A DNA stretch of 64,000 nt from Octopus vulgaris (GCA_951406725.2 OX597821.1:34968001-35032000), one strand, 5' to 3'. Shown: positions 1 through 14,189, counted from the stretch's first letter. The notes: generated by a model not told the origin, from the letters alone. Program-made: numbers and translations.

Positions 1-343
1 TGTTTGTTTTCGTTCGGTTTCTTTGTATGTCTCCACTGTCCTGTTTTTGATTCCAACTTTGACCCTCCATAAATCCCAAATTTATTTTGGTATTTGTGGA
101 AGCAACTGCCTTCGGAGACTCATATTGTCGTTCAATGCTCGAAATGAGGAGTAGATAGGTAGCTGACAACTGATGAAGGGTCGTTCTTTATGTTACTTGT
201 CTTGTTTTCCATTTCTTTCTCTCGTTGTTTGCGTATTCAACTCATTTGTTTTCGCATTACATGTTGTTTACTTTTGGTGACCTCCTGTACCCATATATAC
301 ATACATACATACATATATATATATAAAGATATATTATTTATAT

Positions 344-551
<208 letters not shown>

Positions 552-725
552 GTATATATTATTTATATATAGAGATATATAGAGATATATATACATACAC
601 ATACATACACGCACACACACACACATATATATATATATATACATAAACACGTACACAAACAAAAATGCGCATACACACACGCACACTTAGACATACACAC
701 ATACACAATCATACATACAAAAACG

Positions 726-764
<39 letters not shown>

Positions 765-1178
765 GGGCATGCGCATACACACATAGAAGAAGTATGAACA
801 CATACACGAACAAATATACACAACTCAGAGATCGTGTTACGATCCACCATTTCATTGCAATCATCAGATAAATGTTATGATGACATAATCATATGTTGAA
901 ATAATGGTAGCATAAATTACCCCAGCAGGAATGTTTTCATCCCCGTTCCTCCATAACATTGATATATGTTTCTCCACCGACTACTTTTCATCGGTCTCAC
1001 CATCTTTCTTTTTCCTCCGCCTCCCCTGTGTGTTCACTCAATAATCCCCCTCTCTCTCTCTCTCCTCTCCTTCTCTCTCTTTCACTCTCTCTGTTACTCT
1101 TCCTCATCATTAGCACTAAAAGAGCAAGTCATTTTCATTCCCATGATCAGCATCATTATTTATGGCTCTCTGTCCCTT

Positions 1179-1241
1179 GATCATCATCATCATCATCATC
1201 ATCGTCATCATCGTCATCATCATCATCATCATCATCATCCC

Positions 1242-1275
<34 letters not shown>

Positions 1276-1440
1276 GTCGTCATCATCGTCATCATCATCA
1301 TCATCATCATCGTCATCATCGTCCTCGTCATCATCGTCATCGTCGTTATCATCATCGCTATCATTATCGTAAACATTATCGTCATCATCATCGTCATCAT
1401 TAACTTAATCATCATCGTCTCCTTCATCGTCATCTTCGTC
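1179..1440. repeat. (CAT/CGT)n trinucleotide repeat
   Basis: CAT repeats with CGT variants; source of poly-His/Ile/Met ORF artefacts. Confidence 0.95.
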
Positions 1441-1910
1441 GTGGCTGTATTTTTCTTCTTCCTTTCCTCCACATCATCGTTCTTCTTCGTGCCTCTCTCC
1501 TCTCCACCAAATCCTCCTCCTTACCATCATCATCATCATCATCGTCATCATCTTCCTACTTCCCACGTCATAGATATCAACCTGAACAATCGTCTTCATT
1601 AATATTATTATCACTGTTGAACAATTAAAAACTTCCTCAACTTTCTTTACTTCTTCCTTTCTCTCCTCCCCCTCTTCTCCTCTTTCTGCTAATTATTATT
1701 ATTATTATTGTTGTTGTTGTTGTTGTTATTGTTGCTGTTGTTTTTGCAGCAGTCGTAATTGCTGTTGTTGTTATTCTTATCTGTCACCTCCTCCGTTTCT
1801 GCTGTTTTGGCACACATCATAATCGTCAGCACTTATGTTATTATTTTTATTTTTTCCTTCTTTCTTCAAATTTTCTCCCATTTCTCGACGAATATTTTCC
1901 ATACACCTAG

Positions 1911-1961
1911 GGCAGAGAAGCTCATTGCCTGCATTCTCAGATTGCACACGCAAATTCACAG
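1911..1961 (+). other. candidate 51-nt internal exon of an unknown gene
   Basis: Pyrimidine-rich tract ending cacctag, then 51 nt open in all frames, then CAG|GTAAAA donor; no recognisable protein. Confidence 0.25.
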
Positions 1962-1974
1962 GTAAAATATGTAT

Positions 1975-2598
1975 TTAAAAAATTAATAAACAAATAAATT
2001 CATGAATGGATGTTGTTTTCACAGCGATAATGCTCTTCCCAGTACATGACTCGTTCCAGTTAACACGATTTTTTGTACTTCCTGGTATCATTTTCAAATA
2101 GGTTTCAGTACCTTTTTTTTTTATCATTCCTAGAGATCCTACAATCACTGGTACTGTAGTCGCCTTGAGATGCCACATTTTTTTCAATTTGTATTAGCAA
2201 GTCTTTATATTTACTAATCTTGTCAAATTCTTTCGCTTCAATTAATATACACACCTTTTTTCTCTGATCTTTTACAATAATATCCGGTTTATTAGCTTTT
2301 ATAGTTTTGTCGGTATGTACGGGGAAGACCCAGAGAATCGACACATTTTCTCCCTCAGTCACAGCTTCAGGATGGTGTTTATACCATTTGTCAGCAGTTT
2401 TAATTTTATAATGCCGACATATTGTCCAGTGTAAATACTGGCCAACTCTGTCATGTCTTGCTTTATATTCTACAGGTGCTAAGACTCTACACCCTGAGAT
2501 TAGGTGGTCTATAGTTTCAATCTCATTGTTACAGAATCGGCATTTTGAGTCAGCTCCATCTTTTATCACATTGGCTTGGCAGTTTAGGGTTAATAAGC
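1975..2598 (-). mobile_element. Dong/R4-type (RLE) non-LTR retrotransposon, 5'-truncated 3' fragment, frameshifted
   Basis: CRFC..ETIDHLISGC zinc knuckle, YKARHDRV, ANKPDIIVKD..CILIE (PD-(D/E)xK nuclease), KYKDL, VPVIVGSLG; abuts (ATT)n. Confidence 0.9.
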
Positions 2599-2654
<56 letters not shown>

Positions 2655-2665
2655 CATCATTATTA
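2599..2665. repeat. (ATT)n microsatellite
   Basis: Direct reading. Confidence 0.95.
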
Positions 2666-2666
2666 T

Positions 2667-2872
2667 CGAACTGGCAGTGTCGTTAGCACGCCGGGCTAAA
2701 AGCTTAGCGGTATTTCGCCTGTCGCTATGTTCTAAGTTCAAATTCCGTCGAGGTCGACTTTGCCTTTCATCCTTTCGGTCGATAAAATAAGTACCAGCGC
2801 AACACTGGGGTCATTCTAATCGACTCGTCCCCTCACCCCAAATTTCAGACCTTGTGCCTACAGTAGAAAATA
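2667..2872 (+). mobile_element. SINE family A (tRNA-derived head, Meta-domain-like centre)
   Basis: ctggcag..gttagcacgccggg..gttcaaattccg..gactttgcctttcatcctttcgg..aagtaccag, shared with more than 10 copies in the window. Confidence 0.85.
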
Positions 2873-2968
2873 TTATTATTTTCATTACTATTATCAAACA
2901 CATCAATATCATAGGACTCGTCGTCATCGAAATCGTCGTCATCATCGTCACTATCATCATTATCATCA

Positions 2969-3000
<32 letters not shown>

Positions 3001-3593
3001 CTTATCGTCGCCGTCACAATCATCTGACTGTGCTTCGGTACTTCGAAGTTGACGCAGTTGGAGACCGATGTTCCTTGTTTAGAAAGTGGCAGCTTGCCAG
3101 AGACAAAAGTCTACTTCTTATTAGTAAGTTATTAGTAAGTCTTCAGTGAACACACCAGGTATCATATAATGAGTTGCATACTGAAGCATGTGTAATTAAA
3201 CTGAAAATGCTTAGAGACACACATACACTCGCGCATGGTCACTCAAAGAAACATACACATACATCCATACACACAAACGTACTAAATAGCCAAAATGACA
3301 GTGCTCAATACATCCAGCAATATGAAATACTTTTTAAACTCTAGCAGTTTCGATCAACATATGTTCCCATAATTTCAGTTTCTTGCTCACAGCATAGTGT
3401 TGTGTAATAGTAATCGTCAGATTAACAAGGAAACAATACCCTTGTCCCACAATTGTCAGCGTATGATGGTATCTTAGTAGAGAAATTAAAGATTCTACTT
3501 TCTTGACTCTTCAGCCTTGTTTGTCCCTTTGATTTTTTTCCCTCACCTAGTGCTATATAAGAAGTATTTACTATACTGCTATATTTACTCGTC

Positions 3594-3671
3594 TTCCTCT
3601 GACGACGCTAAGGGAATTAGAACTCGTTGCTCAATAGTTTTGAGTAGAAAGAATAGCTGAACGTCGAGGAA
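3594..3671 (+). ncRNA. degenerate type I hammerhead-like motif
   Basis: ttcct-CTGACGA-c-GCTA..TAGC-tgaa-CGTC-gaggaa; the GAAA box is mutated. Confidence 0.3.
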
Positions 3672-4203
3672 AACATACTAAATATATTAAATAAGAATGC
3701 ATCCGTCTACATATGTATAACTTTGTCTCTTTATTTTTAGTATCTAGTTCATTTTAGTTAATCTCTTGCACACATAAACACACACACACACACACACACA
3801 CTAACACGCGTACATTCTCGGTATAACTCCATGTCTATCCATCGCTGACTTGTTATGAAAATCATAAAATTAGAAACCGGTTAAGTAAATGTAATTATAT
3901 GATTTTTTAAAGCTACCAATATATATATATATATATATATATATGCATAATATATATCTGTGTGTGTATGCATATACATCAAAGATATGTAGGTATAGTC
4001 ATCACCCCAGCTTGAATGAATCCTTCATTCCGTCCTGTTTTACTGATTTAAGTAATTTGACTTCTTCCATGGAATTGTACACGATTAAATCAACCCAGCA
4101 CCTATTTCACCAAATGAACAAAATCGAACTCATGAGGATGAGTTAAATACCCGAATCACTAAGCCGGGCGCCTTCATATTATAACGCGCATAAAGAAATA
4201 CTA

Positions 4204-4586
4204 TTTTACTTGTTTCAGTCATTTGACTGCCGCGCCGCCCTTTTAGTCGAGCAAATCAACCCCAGGATGTATCCTCTGTAAGCCTAGTACTTATTCCATC
4301 GGTATCTTTTGCCGAATCGTTAAGTTACGTAAACACAAACACACTAGGATTGGTTATCAAGCGATGTTGGTGGGGAGAAACACAGACACACAAACATATA
4401 CATACATACATATACATATATATATGACGAGCTTCTTTCCGTTTCTGTCTACCAAATCCTCTCTCAATGCTTTGGTCGGCCTGAGGCTATAGTAGGTAAT
4501 TGAGCAATGTGCCACACAGTGGGACTGAACCCGGGACAATATAGTTGGTAAGCAAGCTACTTACCACACAGCTGCTCCTGCGCCTA
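4204..4586 (-). mobile_element. SINE family B (tRNA-like head, CORE-like segment, internal microsatellite)
   Basis: Reverse complement of the element at 19076-19481. Confidence 0.85.
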
Positions 4587-4759
4587 TATTTCAACAATTA
4601 AAAACATGACGCTTCTTTATACCCACGGGTTTGTCTTAAATTACAGAGGTCCATATATGTATTAAAATACAGTGAAATACCTTTATGTGTTTGGGAAAAC
4701 GTTCAACGGGCATTTACCAAATTAAAATAGATTATATCCAAAACTGAATGGAGTATTCC

Positions 4760-4797
4760 ACTTACCTGCAATAAAGAAGAAAGGAAAAATTAAGAAT
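4760..4797 (-). promoter_or_regulatory. candidate recursive splice site (3'SS directly abutting 5'SS)
   Basis: Minus strand ttcttaatttttcctttcttctttattgCAG|GTAAGT. Confidence 0.45.
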
Positions 4798-4941
4798 TTT
4801 CTTTAAACAATATTGATTGAAACAGTAATGAAACAAAATTGGTATTAAAATGTAATTAAATTACCCAAATAAATGAAGAGATTATGTACTTTTATGCACT
4901 AACATACATACACGCACACGGATCACACACACACACACATA

Positions 4942-4992
<51 letters not shown>

Positions 4993-5382
4993 AGACACTA
5001 CATACATATATTCCTGTCATGTCAGAGATCTGAAAACCTGAAACTTGCTTCTGGTAACCATGCCAACAAGTACAACTTGTGCATAGTTTTGCCGTTAGCA
5101 ACTATTTCGGCAACTGCATCCAGCATACTTGCTGAGAAAGGTGGTTTTAGACAACCTGTGAGATGATGGAAAGCAAAGTTTGTCAAAGGGCAGACGAACG
5201 CAAAAGAGTCAACGACCTTCCAAGTCTGTCTATATACTGATATGCAAACACACACATGTATTGATACATACTGATATATTCTATGTGTAAATATACATAT
5301 GTACATATATGGATGTGAGTGCATAAATCTATAGTATTTATGTAACTATATGTGTGTCTGTATGTGTGTGAGTATATATATG

Positions 5383-5449
<67 letters not shown>

Positions 5450-5539
5450 CACACCTACACACACATATTTATAAATATATACTCCTATCACTGCTCAGAG
5501 TATCAGAGTCAGAGTGTGTAGTATGTTTGTATATATACA

Positions 5540-5597
<58 letters not shown>

Positions 5598-6546
5598 GAT
5601 GTTTATATATATATATTATATATATATGTAGATATATATAGAGAGAAAGAGTGGGAGAGGGAGAGGGAGAGACAGAGATACATAAATACATAAGTACATA
5701 CATACATACATGCATACATATAAATGTACATATATATATGCATATATATGCACAACTTTTATGCTCATTAAAGTACAACGTACTCATTCATACGCATTAC
5801 ATATATATATATATTTATACATGTATGTGTATGAGCATGTATATGTATATATACATGTATGTTTGTAAAATTATATGTATAGATGTATGTATGTATGTAT
5901 AAATATGTATATGTATGTATGTAAATATATGGGCATAGGATAAATTTGAAAATAGAAAACGTAACTTTTATATACTTAGAATAATGTACACGTATTTCAG
6001 AAAAAGATTACTTTTATTCCTCAAGCCGATGGCCCTATTACACAATATAATCGACTCATCTCAAGATTATCAGCACTCCTTTTAAAGTATACACACACAC
6101 ATCCAGAGAGAGAGAGGGGGGAGAGGTGAGAGAGAGAGAGAGAGGGGGGAGAGGTGAGAGAGAGAGAGAGAGAGAGATAATACGCATGAAACATTTACAG
6201 TTTCAATGTTTGATTGAAGTAGAGATATGTATGAAAGACATTGGAATTATTTTCCCATCCCCGTTGGGTGTATACTTTAACCAGAGCTTGTCAGTGTAAC
6301 AAATGTCTTAATAAAGGTTTTAAATATATAGCTGTAAGACGTGTTCTCTCATTTCCTTTGAAGTTCTAATACTCTAGCTGTAAGTAGTTAAAATTTATAG
6401 AAATTTATTATGTCAGCAGTTTCCATCCGAAATCTACAATGTATTTGTGCTTATTTACACAGAAGTATAGAAGAACTCACAAACATAGACATACATATAC
6501 ACGTATACTGTGTTTATAACTTTTCACACATGAAATGTATGTGTGC

Positions 6547-6634
6547 ATGTATGTATGTATGTATGTATGTATGTATGTATGTATGTATGTATGTATGTAT
6601 GTATGTATGTATGTATGTATGTATGTATGTATGT
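6547..6634. repeat. (ATGT)n microsatellite
   Basis: Direct reading. Confidence 0.95.
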
Positions 6635-8199
6635 GTCTATCTGCCTCTTAGTTGGTTAGTCTATCTTTGTATCTATTTATCTATCTCTCCTCTCTCTCTC
6701 CCTATGTTTTATATGTGTGTATATATGTTTGCATGTGTTTGTGCATATGTGCATATATCTATATGTGCGTTTTTGTATGAATGTGTGTTTATGTATGGAT
6801 ATATATATATATGTATATATATGTGCGTACAGACACGTACACACCAACTCGTGCGCGCGCGCGATTCGTACTCTTGCCAATTACATACAAAGTTATCCAA
6901 ACACATAATCTTTAATGTCTATAACAGGCATTGAATGATTTTTAAATCGTTCACATGGAAAGGATCGATCGGAAACTTTTGAAAGTTTTCAATTTCTCAG
7001 TAAACAAATGAAAGGTCTTCCAAAGTGCCACTAGAATTCCTCGAAATAGCAGCCAAATCTCGCTTATATGATATCTATTTTCTTTTAAATAATGAATAAC
7101 ATTTTGGGTACAGTTCCCCAAAGACTATACGTTTATGAAGAAGGAAAAATGAAATACAAATTGATTAAGAGGGTAATGTCTTAAACAACCACGAATAAGG
7201 TGTTTGTTTAATGTTTCACAGGATTACAGTGTGTCTTGTCATTTCGAGCGTTAGCTCTTTTTCAGAAAGGAAATTATATGAAAAGGAAATATGAGGAGAA
7301 AGAGAGGTGAAGGAAGCTGAAAGAATGTGCGAAAAAGAAAAAGAAATTATAATGTACGTGCGCACACACACACATGTCTGTATGTATGAGTATTTCGTAT
7401 GTGTTTATGTATCTGTGTGCACATAGGATGTGTGTATATCATTCGCTGATTGTATTTGGGAGAAAGATGTATGGATTGACATAAATACGATACTTTTTGA
7501 ACAAAGTAGTAACTGACGATGGAGTATTCTGCACTAAATTGCAACCGTCTGTAACCTACAATGTAATTCTCTACAAATTGTATACAATAATTAAATATAA
7601 AAATACATAACTCGATAGTTTAGTATATTCCTGTCTTACACTTGCAACCCACGTATTGTAATTTCTGTCTTCTCACCCCATCAGCCTCAGAAATACGATA
7701 AAAAGGTTATAGAGTTGCCCTATTCCTTCTGAATAATTCATTTTTTTAAAAATTGTTGCTGCAAATTTGGTTGTTGTTGCTGTTCTGCTACTATGATTGT
7801 CATTGTTGCGAAACTAAGAATTATATTTTCTATTTGATAAATTGTTTATTAACATTTCACCCACACCATATTTTCACACGCATTCGTGCATTTATCTATC
7901 TATCTTTCTATCTATCTATCTATCTATCTATGTCTGTCAGTCTATGCACATGCATGCACAAAAGCTCACAAACACTCGCACGCATACACATAGACACACG
8001 CTCAGACATACACACACACATACACGCACGCACGCACGCTTACTCAGTCGCTCATTCGCATGCATACGGTTACAGTCGAACAGTTTTCTTCTACACTATG
8101 TAGTGAATACATTTCCACTTGAGTTATAGAAAGGACGGATATGCATACATGTATTGGCATACATACCTACATACATACATACATACATAACTGCAAGCA

Positions 8200-8243
<44 letters not shown>

Positions 8244-8887
8244 TATATTACATATGTGCATATAGAGATAAATATATTTGTGTGTGTGTGTATGTATACA
8301 CTTGCTCCCATATTCTGCTAAATGACCGCTCATTAAGTACATTGCCATTAAATATACCATTTCTAAAATAATCAAATTTTAAAAAAAGCTGAAAGTAAAT
8401 AGAACCTTAATAAAAAAAAGTAATGACAAAATAAATAACGAAATAACAAAAATAACAAAATAACGATACACCAAACGAAAGAAAGGGAAACGTGATACTT
8501 CGTAGAAGAGTGTTGCATGAATGAGATTCGTTATGGTACGGTAAAGATAGATGGTTTTAAAATTATCTTCTGCCTCCGAGTGTCGAATTATGTTGGGTAA
8601 TGTGGCTTCTTGGTTTCTTTCCAAGTAACACCCCATGTAGGATCCCAGTTCCTCAAAGTGGGGTTTAGTGGTGGAGGGTGCGGCGGGGGTTTAATAACGG
8701 ATAACGGTTATCTGACAGTAAATAGGGAGCTTGAAATATAAACACGCTATCATCTTACACCCTGTTTTCGAAATAAAATTAAATGTAATCTTGGTGAACC
8801 CCTAAGAAGAACAAAGCCAACATTAAAAACAATTAAAAAAATTAGTAATCCCAAAAGCAAAGAGCAAATGCTGAGGATCCAAAGAAA

Positions 8888-8936
<49 letters not shown>

Positions 8937-9196
8937 TCATTTAAAAGGAGAAACCTGATAGATAAAAATAAGAATATAAAATGAAGAGAAATAGCTTCTG
9001 TCAGCCCCAGTTTGGAAATGTCTGCTGAAAATAACTAATGACGAACGAATTGCTGAAACGACCCAGACCCTCCCTCTTATTAAAGGATCACCACTGACAT
9101 ATAAATGGCATCTAACTACTTCGTGGAGAAGACGTGAACAATGCTTTTCAAATGTGTGATATATATATATATATACATACATACATTCACACACAC

Positions 9197-9850
9197 ACGA
9201 GGTCTGATCAATAAGTATATGTACTGTTGCCATAGTAATGAAACTAAGGCACAAAAATAAAAGCCACTTGGCACAGATTGACCTTGAACTCTACTGTGCA
9301 TGGGCACTAAGTTTTAACGTTCTAGCTCACATCCGCTGTTTACAGCAGTGCTTGGGAGGAAGGTGTGTAGCGTGTGATCGTCGCATTAACAATGACAGAA
9401 AAAGTTGAGCAAAGAATCTGCATCAAATTTTGCCAAAAGCTTGGCGATACCTGCTCACACGCCTACGCAAAGCTTTCAAGTAGTTTTCATCGTTCTCAAC
9501 ACAATCAAGCAGATCTTGTGCAAATGAGACCCGAGTGTCTGCTTGGTCAGCTGAAAGCAGTTTGGGAACAAACTTAGCAGACTCGCGTCTCATAACCGAA
9601 TCTTCAGTAATGATGGACTGAACTGAACCGTAACTAATCTGCACATTCTCTGATAACTCGCGGGTGGTGATTCAATGGTTTCCCCTCACAGCTGCACGTA
9701 CATCTGCGACGTTTTTCTCGCTTCGGCTGGTTGCGGGTCTCCCAGAACGTTCGTCAATATCGACATTTTTTCGAAAGGTCTGAACCACTCCTACACTTGT
9801 GAGTGGCTAATACACTCCTCTCCATACAGCGACCTACACAAAGTTGCAGA
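9197..9850 (+). mobile_element. mariner transposon remnant with inverted internal segment
   Basis: Left TIR-like cgaggtctgatcaataagta; + strand MTEKVEQRICIKFCQKLG..AYAKL; continuation (EWFR..DERSGRP..ISYGSVQSII..SAKFVPKLL) on the - strand at about 9476-9830. Confidence 0.85.
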
Positions 9851-9962
9851 GACTTATATATTAGATAGATAGATAGACAGATATACATACATACATACAT
9901 ACATACATACATAAGTACGTATGTACGAGCATATATACAGACAGATAGACAGATACACACAC

Positions 9963-9965
<3 letters not shown>

Positions 9966-10027
<62 letters not shown>
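9966..10027. repeat. (TA)n microsatellite
   Basis: Direct reading. Confidence 0.95.
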
Positions 10028-10031
<4 letters not shown>

Positions 10032-10268
10032 AGATGTATGTATGTATATATATAAAATATGTATATGTATATATGTATGTAATTTCAGTCTGTATTTAAA
10101 GTCTGCAGAAACCTTGCAGGGTCTAGGATTAAGGTAAAAGTTGTTTTTTTTTCAATCACTTTCGGAATTACAACAATTGGTGGCTTGGAGTTTTAACTGC
10201 TCTTTCTGGCGAATCAGATATCCTATTCTTCGGGTATCTCTTTTTTGTGTTTGAACGTACGCTGTATT

Positions 10269-10336
<68 letters not shown>

Positions 10337-10886
10337 TGACGAAGTTCCGCACAGTTTCAGTCTATCAAATGTCATTTACAAGGGGGCATTGGTCAACCCG
10401 AGACTAGAAAACACATTGCTGAGACAATGCGTATTGTGAATGAACTCAGAACTCGTTGTTTACGTCGCAACCTTCTTAACCACACAACCATTTTGATTCT
10501 CTTCAATTTCGTAGCATTTGCATTCGTCGTCGCTATTAGCTGAAGAGCCTATCTTCGATTTTACAACATTCCTGTTGCTTAGTACCTTTATTTACATTTT
10601 CTGTTTTCTGGGAGATAAAGTGGATTAGCAGGATGTAACAAGATTTAAATACTTTTGTTGTTTAATTCTAATGGAGCAGCTAGATCTATCATGAAAAGAA
10701 TTCTTCTTTCTTTCTTTCTTCTTTCCTTCTTTCTTTCTTTTTTCCAGGAACAACGTGCCCCGGACTAAGTTATTCTATCTACCTTTTCGTGACGAGCTGC
10801 ATAATTTTTGAAGGATTTTGGCTTCTACTTCTTTAGAAACTTCTGAGATAATAAAATTAATCGGCTTTGCCGTGGAGAACACGTTT

Positions 10887-11192
10887 AGGGTGCCGAAAAG
10901 TTCCTGGCTTTAAGGACATCGAGAAAAGTCTGGTTGGAGGCCCAACATTCCGAATTTTTGCTTCAAGGCTTTGAAAAATTGAAGGCCTGCTGCAATAAGT
11001 GTGTGAAGTGGAATATGTTGAATAAAATTCAGGAGTGGCTGTGTGGTAAGTAGCTTGTTTACCAACCACATGGTTCCGGGTTCAGTCCCACTGCGTGGCA
11101 CCTTGGGCAAGTGTCTTCTACTATAGCCTCGGGCCGACCAAAGCCTTGAGAGTGGATTTGGTAGACGAAAACTGAAAGAAGCCCATCGTATA

Positions 11193-11289
<97 letters not shown>

Positions 11290-11547
11290 CTGTGTTTGTC
11301 CCCTCCCAACATCGCTGGTGTATTTATGTCCCCGTTACTTAGCGGTTCGGGAAAAGAGACCGATAGATTAAGTACTGGGCTTACAAAAGAATAAGACCCG
11401 GGGGTCGAGTTGCTCGATTAAAGGCGGTGCTCCAGCATGGCCGCAGTCAAATGACTGAAACAAGTAAAAGAGTAAAAGAGTAAAAGAGTAAATGATCTTC
11501 CAGTATTGTTTTAACCCAAAGCCAGGAACTTTTCACCACTCCCTCGT
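10887..11547. mobile_element. non-autonomous mariner-like element interrupted by a SINE
   Basis: TIRs gggtgccgaaaagttcctggcttt / aaagccaggaacttttcaccactccctcgt; related copy at 32584-32804. Confidence 0.7.
11030..11491 (+). mobile_element. SINE family B, full length
   Basis: caggagtggctgtgtggtaag..gggttcagtccc..gcaccttgggcaagtg (MIR/CORE-like)..3' (AGTAAAAG)n tail. Confidence 0.9.
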
Positions 11548-11857
11548 GATTCCATAGATTATTGTTTTAATCGTGCTAGGTTGTCTCCTGCTCGAAATGT
11601 CACATGCAATTCTCTTGGCGGATTCCATACAATAGAGAGCAACACTAGTTTGGTGATTAAAGGTTAAAAGTTAAAGGTTAAACGGATGATTGTGTTGACC
11701 AACTCATTAAAAACGGACTCTCAATTGAAAGTTCGACGATTATAATTTTTTCACGGACAGTGGTGTATATGACTGAGGTTATAGTCTCACCACATACATT
11801 AGTCAAGCCAGCATAGCAAACTTGGTTATTGGTACCAAGTAGAGGTACCAGGTAGGG

Positions 11858-12364
11858 CAGTGGTTCCCAAACTTTTTCAGGTTACCGCCCTCTGGCACTC
11901 ATGTCCCATTCCTAGCACTCCCCTCACATTTCTCAAAATAGACTACTTTTCTGAAGCAAATTCGGCGAGCTGGCAGAAACGTTAGCACGCCGGACGAAAT
12001 GCTTTGCGGTATTTCGTCTGCCGTTACGTTGTGAGTTCAAATTCCGCCGAGGTCGACTTTGCCTTTCATCCTTTCAGGGTCGATAAATTAAGTACTAGTT
12101 ACGTACTGGGGTCGATGTAATCGACTTAATACCTATGTCTGTCCTTGTTTGCCCCCTCTATGTTTAGCCCCTTGTGGGTAATAAAGAAATAGAAATTTCA
12201 CAAATAAAACTTAACATGCTTAACCCATTATTTTACTTTTTTTCATTTTTACACCATTCACCCCCTTTTGGCCATCACATTATCGCCCCACATTTCTTCA
12301 ACGCCAACCCTGGATTTTTTCAACGCCCCCAAGGGGGCGCTACTGACCATTTTGGGACCCACTT
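11858..12364. mobile_element. hAT/Charlie-like MITE interrupted by SINE A
   Basis: Ends cagtggttcccaaa / tttgggacccactt. Confidence 0.6.
11963..12191 (+). mobile_element. SINE family A, full length
   Basis: Near-identical to copies at 32911 and 49223; tail agccccttgtgggtaataaagaaata. Confidence 0.9.
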
Positions 12365-12491
12365 ATGTAGAAGCACCATAACATGTACTATGCAGAAGTA
12401 ACGTTATTAGCTACAAATGATTTCAAGAATTGAGAGAATAAGGAGCAAAATGGATGTTCTCTATATTGCTCTGTTTTATTCGTCATTGCAG

Positions 12492-12820
12492 TGGAGGTGC
12501 AATGGCCCAGTGGTTAGCGCAGCGGACTCGCAGTCGTAAGATCGCGGTGTCACGCTGAATCTCCCCGAGAACTACGTTAAGGGTACACGTGTCTGTGAAA
12601 TGCTCGGGCACTTGCACGTTAATAAATGAGCTGCGACGTCACTGGTGCCAAGCTGTAACGGTTCCTTTGCCTTTCCCTTGGATAACATCGGTGGCATGGA
12701 GAGGGGAGGCTGGTATGCATGGGCGGCTGCTGGTCTCCATAAACAACCTTACCCAGACTTGTGCCTCGGAGGGTAACTTTCTAGGTGCAATCTCGTGGTC
12801 ATTCATGACCGAAGGGGGTC
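12492..12820 (+). mobile_element. SINE family C (tRNA-Arg-like head; possibly octopus OR-type), internally deleted
   Basis: A-box tggcccagtggttag, gcggactcgc; 3' module shared with 60575-60790. Confidence 0.8.
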
Positions 12821-13560
12821 ACAATATTCGTCGTTGCATCAAGACAAAGCTTTCGGTGGTGCTACAAGAATCCTATAACGTACAGAAACGAAATATTTAT
12901 TGTCTTGCTGCCTCAACTGGGGTAAGAGATATTATGTTTTTTTTTCTCCAAGTACCGTGGGATTTTCTTCCATAAAAGGAAGGAAAACAAAATGAATACG
13001 TCAGAACATCTTAGGCTTGCACGATATGGAATGATTCGGTGATAAACAATAATATTGTTTGTGATTATTACCATAAGAAAATGTATCCGTGTTTTTTGAA
13101 AAAATAGTGATCTTTAATAACAAATAAAATTGGTATTGTTTACTTTGTCAAATTGATAGAGTTGAAGACAGGCATACGACAATAATCACGTGATATTGCA
13201 GCGCTGGTGGTCTTACCGACATAACAGAACAACTGGAGTGTGGAGTAAGAAAAACATTCGGTTGTCTACGTTTTTTTGTATAATTTAGCTAAGTCACAAC
13301 ACACACACACACACACATACACACACATACACATCAACACACATGAAAAGCTTCCTCACAGTTTCCGCCATGAAATTCACTCATAATACATAGAGCGACC
13401 TGGGGCCAGAGTAGAAGTTACATGCCCAATGTGCCATGCACACACACACACACACACACACACACGATGGTTGAAGGTAAGTCATGTACATTTCGATTTC
13501 TTTTACTTCCTCGTATTCATCTACTTCGTTTTTGTGTTCTATTTTTCATAACCTTTGCAC

Positions 13561-13602
<42 letters not shown>

Positions 13603-14189
13603 CATACATACAAACATACATACATACACACAGGCACATATATCTATGTATGTATGATGTACGTATGATGTATGTATGTTTCTCTACTTACGGGGGGTCT
13701 CTCAGTATTTACATTGCCTAACATTCTTATACATATATACATGCATATATATATATATATACATATATATAGAACTGCCGGGGCTACTTAAAAATATAAA
13801 CAAAAAAACAAATAAATAAAACAATAACAGTCAAGCATGAATGTCGTAGGAGATTATTTGTGAAATAAGAGAAGTTATTTATTTTTTTCAACTCCTGTTT
13901 TTCAACCTCCGCAATGAAATTAACAATAGAAAAAAACTGTTCAGGAATTTTTGCTGATGGGCTATGAGTCCATCTTTTGTTCTACTAATTAATCTGAAAC
14001 ACTTTTAGTTTTTTTATAAAATACATTCCTGGAGATATATTTAATAAATTACGAAATGCGATTCCTTTGTTGCTTCAAAAATAATTGAGTCTTCTTCTGA
14101 AATAAGTCAGCCCACCTACTTTCACACTTTCACTGCTGCTGTGTCTACTTCTCGTTCCTAGGGAGCCTTGTATATACATAGAAATAACT

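Noticed and set aside
160-200. CTGATGA followed by aggg as a hammerhead
   Set aside because: No matching stem II plus GAAA downstream could be built
5022-5230. Unique, GC-richer island open on both strands
   Set aside because: No recognisable protein or convincing splice pair; needs a homology search
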